Assembly: GCA_003344405.1 (NCBI GenBank)
Contig: NOWV01000279.1
Coordinates: forward strand, 48,207-68,206
Reading direction: 5' to 3'
DNA: 20,000 nt
Source: Trichoplax sp. H2
Lineage: Eukaryota
Part shown: in pieces, positions 1 through 9,826 of the stretch
Layout: every line of letters starts with the position of its first letter
How positions within the stretch are numbered: the stretch's first letter is position 1
Made by a program: the position numbers and the translations under genes
The notes under the pieces: model-generated
Seen by the model: the letters and a program-made list of their open reading frames with translations, nothing else
What the model was told of the DNA's origin: nothing
The model's database searches: none

Positions 1-3000
1 AATAAATTGACTATGTTGAATTGGTAGTCGCGTCTACTATTGAATCAGTCAAATAGAATTACATCTCAAATCTACGAATTCCAGTTATTGCCAACAAACG
101 AAGTAAATGGACAACATGTTGGAAGTATTGGATTGTATTACGCTCTTTTTTTTTTCTCATTTCGTCATTTCCATTAGTAAGTCTTTAGGAAATGTTTGGA
201 AAAGTTTGTCAATTTATGATATCCAATTCTTTTAACAGTGAAAGTAGCACAATATCTTTTGATTAATCATTATTGTCCTAGTCTTGGATACCATAAGTAT
301 TTATACAACAATTAAAGGATTTTTTTTTTTTTTTGGCCAAGTGGTACAGTAATCGTTAAATAGTGTAGTAAGAGGGCCAACGTAATGTGAATGAATAACA
401 CAATTATTATTATTATTGGAGTACGTGAAGAACAGTATTATCGTGACAATATTTTGAAGAGTAATTATTCATTTTGACTGCAGGACATCAACTTGATGGG
501 TATTATTACGGTAAATAAACTGTAGTTGAAATTTTATTTATTTGTATTTAATGATAAGAGTATTACTAGGCCAGATTATTTCCTGGTCATTATGTTGAAG
601 AGGAACCCTAGGTAGCTGTTTGATGATACACATCCGATAAAATAGCAAGGATATTTTTTCTTAGCACCGTAGGCAAGAAAAAATTTGCGTTAATTGAAAA
701 AGAAATAAAAGCTGCTATTAAATCAAATCGCATCAAAATAGCAGCAACGTATTGTGGCATTCTAACTAAGATAGAGAATCCTATTGGTGATATCATCGTA
801 ATAAATGTAGATTATCAATGTTAAGACAACATATTAAAGTAACTCTATATATCGAGGATAAAAAAGTCTTCAATAAAAAGTATAAATTTTAAAAATGGGG
901 GGGGGGGGTTGAATTCTTGCATTAGAAGTATTTAAAAAGCAATGAATAGAAAGCAGCCTTTGTTATCCCGTCAGTAGTATAAGTTAAAGAAATCTGGCGA
1001 GCCCCTACTTCTAAAGTATCGTATTAGGAAACAATCAATAGAAACAAACCTCTATTTTAACCATTAATTTAATTTACGCTTAGAGTATCGCAACGTCATG
1101 TTAAGGATAGTTGAATTGATGAAGAAATCCATTGGGTAGGAATAGCAAAGAACTGCAAAGTGCAGTTGTATAAAAATATTACATAGTCTAGGTTGCAATA
1201 ACTCATCTATTAATCTTGTAAGATAACATTGACAAGATTATCATGTTTCAAGTTGGATTGATGAAACCAATACTCAATGCTTAACCTTGTTATTGCGCGC
1301 TATTAACCACTAAGCGATGACGTACTTTTGATTAATGAATTGTTAATGTAATGAGGATAAAGATTGCAGTTTTGACTATCAAGCGAATACGGTTGAATTT
1401 CTTGTATCATCATTAATCCTATTGCTGTCTTACCTGATGCGATAAAAAACGTCGATTGCCTTTTCTTTTTCCACCTTGATAGAGAAAAATAAACAAAAAA
1501 AAGGCAATTTTATTTTGTGTTGAAGGAGATGGCATCGTGAACAATTAAAATTATATCAATCCATCGATTGAAGTTAATATCATTGTTATCGTATTCAATT
1601 TAGCACTTGATAGTAATAACGCCAGTAATATTCATGTTACTGGCCATCATTTGAATGGTATAACTGTTATTACTCAATGATATTCTATTTTGACAGCAGA
1701 TGATCAAAGTCAAATACATGTGGATTTTTCATCCTACTATGAAATACAATTTTAATGACCACATTGTAACTCGATGCAATCGCTATCATCTTATTAACCA
1801 TCTTTGCCTACATCATCGCTCGTATGTGGATTAGTATAAGGGCCAAGGATGGAGATAGGGCAACATCCACATCCAACGCTATTTATTGACAAGAAAATTA
1901 CTCATGGTGATGATGGTTTAAGTTGTTGTAGCTTTAGCAAGCTGAGTATTGTTTCAAGGGTATTGTATTGCCTGGACAAGAAGTCATATCGTCAAGACAA
2001 AACTATCAATAACAGATGAAAGACAAAAAAAAATTGCTTCCATAGTGGGGCAAAATTGTGACCGTAGGTCATGAGTTAATACTACTGGATGTAGTTGTAC
2101 AATCTGCTTATTTTATTCACTAGACTAGTGGATTAAAAAAAAAAATATTAAACAATCGGACGTAGACATTCTGTAGGGCATAGCATCAGGTTAATAAATA
2201 TAAACCAAGTGACAACAACATCCATCCTATGCTTAGCAATGACTACAGGATATACTCTCTGGAGAAGGAGGGTATATCATAGAGTCATAAGTCCAATAGG
2301 GTTGAAAAAAAACAAAAAAGAAACAAGCCAATTAAGACGGTAGACTTTGGTGCTGCTCTATGTTATACGTAGATCATTTTCAATGCGATGGAGTATCGGT
2401 ATGACTGAATTACTGTAGGATAACTGGTCATAACGATACAATCGATTGATACTAATTGGACAAATTTTAGTTAATTTATACAATACTTTCTTCGTCATCA
2501 TTAAATCACTTCAAGTCAAGATATAGACTGAAAATACTCGTATTTTGATCGATCGTTGCAATAATCCATTGGCCAAGGTAAAGGGACTTGTAATACTGCC
2601 ATGATAAAGCCCCCCCAAAAAAATAAATGTGGAAATACAAGACTATCGATCGTTTGGTAAATTGTACCCCATTGACCGACATCTCCAACATTAGATCGTA
2701 TGTCGGTGCTTTTCAAGTTGGAAGGCCTTGAATATACAACACAGAGTACGTCTTAGCGTAGTCTATCAACGTTGCCGTTGAAAATGGAGTATTGGACTAA
2801 GCAAAACGATCGATACCCATGGCATTTTTAGTGTTATCAATGGCTTGACTGTATGCTTAGACAATTCCTAGTTAGCTGACAAAGCGTCCATTATCTTCTC
2901 CTTGAAATGATGAGAACTGGATGGAGAGCAGCTGCACTATTATAATGTGATAGGGAACAAGTGGAGAAAGTAATGGCAAAGCGTGCAAGGGTAGAAACAT

Positions 3001-4310
3001 GTCGGCTTGATTTTTTGAATCCTTGTCCACTTGGATGAGTGTTATTTATGGTTGGAGATGAACAAGACACTATTAGTGGATTTTGGCAATAAGGTGAAAC
3101 AACTGGTGATGGAAGGATAGCCGTGGATGGATATTATTTGCTAAATGAATACTGCACTATGTACACAATATCAGGAATGAGGTGAAAAGTAGAACCTTTT
3201 ATTTGTGTTGTTTTCTCCGCCCCAGATAGGATCGACTATCATGATTCCTAATATAGTTGATATGGTGTAGGAAAGAGACAAGAGATAAAGGATGATCATA
3301 ACAGACGAGTGATCGAATCACTGAATATGATCGCTTTGCGTTTTATCCGCAATGAAAGTGTTTATCCTATGCGTTGACCAAATCATTATTGAATGATTGA
3401 GAAAGGGATGATGAGACTAATGCGATTATACGATATGCAAGTAGTCAATTGAATAGGTAAGTGTTTACACCCAAGACAAGTTATCCTCTTCTCTCTATCC
3501 TTTGCTTACCGTTATTTTCGTAATGATGAATAAAAATGGTTTCTTTATGTTGCTGTGATAAATCTACACATCGATTGCAATCGGACAGCCAAAATAAAGG
3601 AAGAAGGATGATCGAGAAAGTAAAGAGAGAGAGAGAGAAAATAGTTATCCATCAAGTCCATTGAACGTTATCTACTGTAATACCATTTTAATGCTAGTCG
3701 TTATCAAGAACAGATTGACTAGTGTCCAAATCAATCTCTACGCTAATACAATGATAGATGAATCAGTTGGAGCTAATTAGCAAGACTATTCCCTTGTTGG
3801 ACATGAAAAACTAAGCCACTATTGGCCTTGATGGCCATGAGATTGCAAAGAGGATAGTACTGACCTTCTCGATCGCTAATATGTTGAATGTTGGCATCGA
3901 GGCCAGGGCTATTGTCTTCCGAGGGTAGAGGATCGAAATCGTCATTGGCCGTGTTGGACGATGCAGTTAAGACACAACAATTGAGATTGCCCATCTGATC
4001 GTTTGAAGACGATGTTGACGAAAGGATCAGCAATGAAAGATCAAAGTCAGGCAGGCTCTATCCTTCCTGATCAATGTTACAACACTGATCCAAATGCGAT
4101 CAGAATATCTCCAACGGTTGCCAAACAAGAATGATCAAGCTTGGTCGACGATTGTGGCTTCCTTTTCAACATTGAACCTGATGCCAGACAGTCTTTAAGC
4201 CAGTTGGAGTCTTCATCGCCGGATTGCCAGCTTTTTACTAGTGACAATACAGGTCCACCAAGGGTCAGGCCGGATGCCCAGCAGGACATCGCTTTCCACT
4301 GTAAGATAGA

Positions 4311-4685
4311 GTACAGTCTACTGTAGACGACTGTACAGTGTACTGTATACTGTACACTGTATACTGTAGTATACAGCGTGCTCTTTTTCGTTCCAGATTA
4401 TTAAAGAAGTACTGTAAATGCTTTAATATTGATCAAATTATGTAAAAAGTAATTCAAAAGGCATGTTGTTCAGAGCTTCTTCTTTCCGTACATAGCAATT
4501 TTGATGAGTTTCGTTCTCAAAATGTCGCTAAACATTAGTGTTACTTTATCGAAAAGGAAAAGGATCATGCTGCACAGTACTGTACAGTGTACAGTACTGT
4601 CCTGCAGAGTGCACAGTACTGTGCACTGTGTGTCTCTGAAGGGCGTGGACAGTGTGGACTATCCAGTCCAGTACAGTACTGTTCC
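4311..4685. repeat. Degenerate CAGTA/TACTG low-complexity tracts with local palindromes
   Basis: Tracts at about 4311-4376 and 4572-4685. Perfect 20-bp palindrome AGTGCACAGTACTGTGCACT at 4608-4627; also GTCTAC-T-GTAGAC and GTATACT-GT-AGTATAC. Confidence 0.85.
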
Positions 4686-5654
4686 ATTGCTCAGTGCTCA
4701 CGGTCTTCTAACCCATTTTTTCCAAGCGACAACGGTATGTGTGCCCCCCCCCCCATTCTGATACTGAATCAACCTTTGATGCAGCGTGTGGACGGTAGGC
4801 GTGCGTCATCGCTAGGCTTCAAGTGGGCCCAACTTGACCGTCACAGTGATTCTCCACATTAGACGTTTGCTAGGGAGGGGGTAAGCAAAATCCCACTTTA
4901 CCCATTTTATCCATTCGTCATGGTGGTTCCCATCTTTTCATACTACATCAACGATTGCGGTACTATATGCCTATATCCACGTTGTAGGCATGCATCGTGT
5001 AGGGCTAAATTACTGTATTACAGCGCGGCATGCCAGGCTGCCCTACAACGACCTCCCAAATCCAACTTCATGGTACTGTCTATGATGTCATTGATAGGAT
5101 AGAATGGACTTGATTGGATCGCTTTTTACTTTTTTTTATTTGCCTCCATGCTATCAAGCATTGTTCCTCAGCATGAGTACCGAACAAGTGGTCATGGCGC
5201 AGTCACAACGACAGAAACGATAGCCCTGTCCTGATTTGCAATGAATCCAATCTTGGGCTGGCTCAATCCATTCAAAATCACTTTATGATTGGCTAAAGTG
5301 AATATGGACCCAGTGGGTATTTCTCAATGACAAGAGCAGTGGATAGCGATCTCAATGTTAACTGATCTACTTTACATGTCTACTGTTTTGGTGATTCGAC
5401 TATCCACACAGTCAATGACTATTATTATGAATAAACTAACAAGAATGATACTCTCTATCGGCCATCGAGCAGTAGTCCAATCCATGATGCATTGATTATT
5501 CGTGTTTGTAATAGCTTGTAGACAGTGAAGCATAGTCAGTTCTATACGAGTACAGTACTTGTACAACGTCTAGAATGGATAGTCATGCTGGTAGTGACTA
5601 GGGGCCGGGCCCGGCTGTACCTTTGCTGAGTCAGTGTCGCATTTTCATCAATAC

Positions 5655-6125
5655 GATACTGTCCATGCTATCTAAATTGGATGTCACCTTCATGAATGGG
5701 CATCTAACTAGCGATAACGCTTTAAAAAGCGACACGATTTTTGCTCGACGTGTCCATATGGAAATTGGCTGATTAGTCAGCATCATGTACTGTACCTATC
5801 TAATTTCTGCCTTCAATACTCTCCATGCTATCTAAATTGGATGTCACCTTAAGGAATGGGCATCTAACTAGCGATAACGCTTCAAAAAGCGACACGATTT
5901 TTGCTCGACGTATCCATATGTAAATTGGCTGATTAGTCAGCATCATGTACCTTGAAATATTTCTACCTTCGATACTGTCCATGCTATCTAAATTGGATGT
6001 CACCTTAAGGAATGGGCATCTTACTAGCGATAACGCTTCAAAAAGCGACACGATTTTTGCTCGAGGTGTTCATATGTAAATTGGCTGATTAGTCAGCATC
6101 ATGTACAGTGTACAGTACCTTCAAA
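5655..6125 (+). repeat. Tandem array, 3 units of ~156-160 bp
   Basis: Units start at about 5655, 5815 and 5971 (ratactstccatgctatctaaattggatgtcacc). The core cgataacgcttyaaaaagcgacacgatttttgctcga recurs at 5712, 5872 and 6028. Confidence 0.95.
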
Positions 6126-6260
6126 TTTAATATGGGTCAAGCGAGAGTTCTCTCTCAATACGTACAGTGTACAGTACAGTAGTCCCTCCTTTCTTCTGTA
6201 CTGTACTGTACAGTACTGAACTTTGTTCTACTGTACTACAGACTGTAGTCTACAGTACAA
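6103..6260. repeat. (CAGTA)n / (TACTG)n microsatellite tracts in opposite orientation
   Basis: gtacagtgtacagtacagtagtccctcctttcttctgtactgtactgtacagtactg. The counterpart at about 7658-7720 has a longer pure (CAGTA)n run. Further tracts at about 6412-6450 and 6570-6645. Confidence 0.85.
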
Positions 6261-6884
6261 TCGATCTGTCCCTTCGATGTACGTCCGATGCTTGATGATG
6301 CCTAAAACAACAGGGTGGAGTCCATCCCATATTGGTCAATGGAAAGCTTTCCTTGGCTCTCTCTATCAGGACGTAGTCCCTCCCAGTGCCAAGGGACTGA
6401 CTCATCCAAGACTGTACGCGACAGTACTGTACTGTACTGTCCTGTACTGTAGTTTGAAGGCATTTCGAAGGTCAACCGGATTGGTATGACTTGCGCGCGA
6501 CATGCGCAGTGCCGCGCCACGTCCCAGTCCCGGTTGGGTCCCGGTTCGTCGTAGTTGGTAACCATTCCGACTGTACTGTCAATGTACAGGTACTATGCAC
6601 ATGGAACACTGATACTGTAGACAATATTGCATACGCTACTGTATAAAATTTCCAATGTGAATGGAAACGTGTCATTGCCAGTCTTGCCTTTTTCCCAAAG
6701 AGGGCAACCTTGATCCAGTCAAGATTCTTGCGGCCTTCCTTCATTTCTCCATTCCATTGGACGACCACAAAAGGAAAGAATCAAATAATCATGGAAAAAA
6801 TGGATGTAGCCATTGACGAGAACGGGGATAACTCTGCGTAAGTCATGTTATGTTACTTTGAGAAAGGAATGAGTTGTAAAGATT

Positions 6885-6904
6885 NNNNNNNNNNNNNNNN
6901 NNNN
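6885..6904. other. Assembly gap (20 N)
   Basis: Run of 20 n characters. Confidence 1.
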
Positions 6905-8401
6905 CATTCAAAATCACTTTATGATTGGCTAAAGTGAATATGGACCCAGTGGGTATTTCTCAATGACAAGAGCAGTGGATAGCGATCTCAATGTTAACTG
7001 ATCTACTTTACATGTCTAATGTTTTGGTCATTCGACTATCCACACAGTCAATGACTATTATTATGAATAAACTAACAAGAATGATACTCTCTATCGGCCA
7101 TGGAGCAGTAGTCCCAATCCATCATTCATTGATTAGTCGTGTTTGTAATAGCTTGTAGACAGTGAAGCACAGTCAGTTCTATACTAGTACAGTACTTGTA
7201 CAATGTCTACAATGGATAGTCATGCTGGTAGCGACTAGGGGCCGGGCCCGGCTGTACCTTTGCTGAGTCAGTGTCGAATTTTCATCAATACGATCGATAA
7301 CGCTTCAAAAAGCGACACGATTTTTGCTCGAGGTGTCCTTGAAATTTCTACCTTCAATACTGTCCATGCTATTTAAATTGGATGTCACCTTCAGGAATGG
7401 GTATGGAAGTAGCGATAACGCTTCAAAAAGCGACACGATTTTTGCTCGAGGTATCCTTGAAATTTCTACCTTCAGTACTATCCATGCTATTTAAATTGGA
7501 TGTCACCTTAAGGAATGGGCATCTAACTAGCGATAACGCTTCAAAAAGCGACACGATTTTTGCTCGAGGTGTTCATAAGTAAATTGGCTGATTAGTCAGC
7601 ATCATGTACAGTACCTTCAAATTTGATATGGGTCAAGGGAGGGTTCTCTCTCAATACGTACAGTACAGTACAGTACAGTACAGTAGTCTCTCCTCTCTAC
7701 AAAAGACAGTACTGTACTGAACTTTGTTCTACTGTACCACAGACTGTAGTCTACAGTACAATCGATCTGTCCCTTCGATGTACGTCCGATGCTTGATTAT
7801 GCCTAAAACAACAGGGTGGAGTCCATCCCATATTGGTCAATGGAAAGCTTTCCTTGGCTCTCTCTATCAGGACGTAGTCCCTCCCTCCCAGTGCCAAGGG
7901 ACTGACTCATCCAAGACTGTACGCGACAGTACTGTACTGTCCTGTACTGTAGTTTGAAGGCATTTCGAAGGTCAACCGGATTGGTATGACTTGCGCGCGA
8001 CATGCGCAGTGCCGCGCCACGTCCCAGTCCCGGTTGGGTCCCGGTACGTCGTAGTTGGTAACCATTCCGACTGTACAGTACTGTCAATGTACTGTACACT
8101 GTACAGGTACAATGCACATGCAACACTGATACTGTAGACAATATTGCATACACTACTGTATAAAACTTCCAATGTGAATGGAAACGTGTCATTGCCAGTC
8201 TTGCCTTTTTCCCAAAGAGGGCAACCTTGATCTATTCAAGATTCTTGCGGCCTTCCTTCATTTCTCCATTCCATTGGACGACCACAAAAGGAAAGAATCA
8301 AGTAATCATGGAAAAAATGGATGTAGCCATTGACGAGAACGGGGATAACTCTGCGTAAGTCATGTTATGTTACTTTGAGAAAGGAATGAGTTGTAAAGAT
8401 T
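6905..8401 (+). repeat. Copy 2 of the duplication (probable alternate haplotype)
   Basis: Starts exactly at the right edge of the N gap and matches 5269-6884. It differs by SNPs, CAGTA microsatellite length and tandem-array unit structure. Confidence 0.95.
7295..7622 (+). repeat. Tandem array of the same family with a 118-bp period (first unit truncated)
   Basis: Core cgataacgcttcaaaaagcgacacgatttttgctcgagg at 7295, 7413 and 7531. Only the last unit keeps the aaattggctgattagtcagcatcatgtac sub-module. Confidence 0.95.
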
Positions 8402-9826
8402 TGACTACAGTAGTCTTCAACAGTAAATACAGCCAACGCAAAGCATGACTACACTAGACTACGATATGCTCGCCCATATGACATCCAGTAAGAGCATGAA
8501 GAATCAATAGTTTAACCAACTGTCAAAATGGCAAATACTACTAATACAGTCATCCAATGGCTATTTCTATCGGCGTAATACAACGTTGCAGAATTCATTG
8601 AATGAGTGTATGCAGGATACAATCAACGTTAGGAGCACTTCCTTCTTCTCAACGCTGATGCAATGGTAGACGACGTTCTTGGTGACGTTGATCCAAAGGG
8701 AGACGAGTTGAGACCGGGTAGAATCAATCGCCGATCCTAGCAGCAAACGCATCGTACAAAATTCTCATCCATAATTGACATCTTCTAATAAGGTCGCTAA
8801 CCAATACACTACTACCCGTTGATTTTGTTGCTGATGGAACACTTCAATCCAGTCTACTATAAACAAGCATTCTTTGCAATCCAGTCTTGGTTGAATGCAT
8901 TTCAACCAGATAGATCATTGGCTAGTTGCCACCTTCTCATCGACGTATCAAGTTTCCTGCCAACAACTCGACTCGACTCGACTGTAACTTGTAGAAATAG
9001 GACCACAATGAAGTAACATTTCCATAATGGTCAAGAATCATACAATAGATTGGGTTCTACCACGGTATAGCCAATGCTGTGTAATCACCCTATAAAATCC
9101 AAACAATTTTCTCATATTATCCCATTCTATTTCATCCAAATCAAAGTCTGAAACACAACGTAAAAATCTACGTATTGGATAGTCAATTCTTTCTCATACG
9201 ACTTAGATCGTTCCTTTTAACTCAATCAATGTATTCAGCTTGCAATAGTTAACTTACTGTCAGGATAAAATGTCCTAATTCCTTTTAGAAGCTTCTACAA
9301 GCTAGGCAATTATAGCAATAATAATCAGAATCATAGACCACGTTAACTAGTGTTATACCTAGTGCAAAAAAGTGGCCTACAGCCAAATTTCCTATTCAAT
9401 AAATAAATGATATCACTCCAAATACCTAATAAAGCAATTTTTAATACCCCCATCAAGGATACTCAATTACCACTATCAATCATCGTTTGCGTATCCAGCC
9501 TGCAGTCACATTCTTCCTACTTACAGTATACCATAAACACAAAATAAACTTTAGACATCAATAATAATACGTTTTCTACATTTATTCACACCTAGATTAA
9601 TTGCATTTTATGCCCCTTCAAGTACGCATTAGTCATTTCAAGGAACTTACCGTTAGCAATATGCTTCATCTTTATAATATTATAATTGATAGTGTGGCAT
9701 GATATTTATGAGAATCAACAGATAGGTGTTCATACCTGTACGTAACGAACTCATTATAACGATGAAACATCCACCCTCTCCTTAAAGATCATACCGATTT
9801 TTACGTCTATTCAAATAGTGACACTA

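Larger units (their letters stand above)
5269..6884 (+). repeat. Copy 1 of a ~1.5-1.6 kb direct duplication flanking the assembly gap
   Basis: Begins cattcaaaatcactttatgattggc and ends gaatgagttgtaaagatt. The same start and end strings delimit 6905-8401. The copies are colinear, with scattered substitutions and indels. Confidence 0.95.

Noticed and set aside
320..4754. Homopolymer runs (T15 at 320-334, G12 at 897-908, C11 at 4744-4754, several A runs) as retroposon tails or functional elements
   Set aside because: No associated element body or target-site duplication was seen; consistent with slippage in unconstrained DNA.
6290..6402. C/D box snoRNA (TGATGA ... CTGA)
   Set aside because: The C box is TGATTA in the second copy, there is no terminal stem, and no rRNA-complementary guide was recognised.
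5655..7622. CRISPR-like array (recurring ~39-nt hairpin core)
   Set aside because: The intervening sequences are themselves repeats rather than unique spacers, the context is eukaryotic, and there are no cas genes.
5800..8192. Short ORFs in the duplicated block (5800-6051, 6223-6489, 6302-6565, 6472-6768, 7382-7582, 7724-7957, 7803-8192, 7972-8172)
   Set aside because: They derive from tandem and microsatellite repeats, overlap on both strands, and their frames are not preserved between the two copies.
1..9600. Autonomous transposon, tRNA, rRNA or snRNA gene, or hammerhead ribozyme
   Set aside because: No transposase, RT or integrase ORF, no terminal inverted repeats linking the flanks, and no recognisable conserved RNA-gene or hammerhead core motifs were found by eye.
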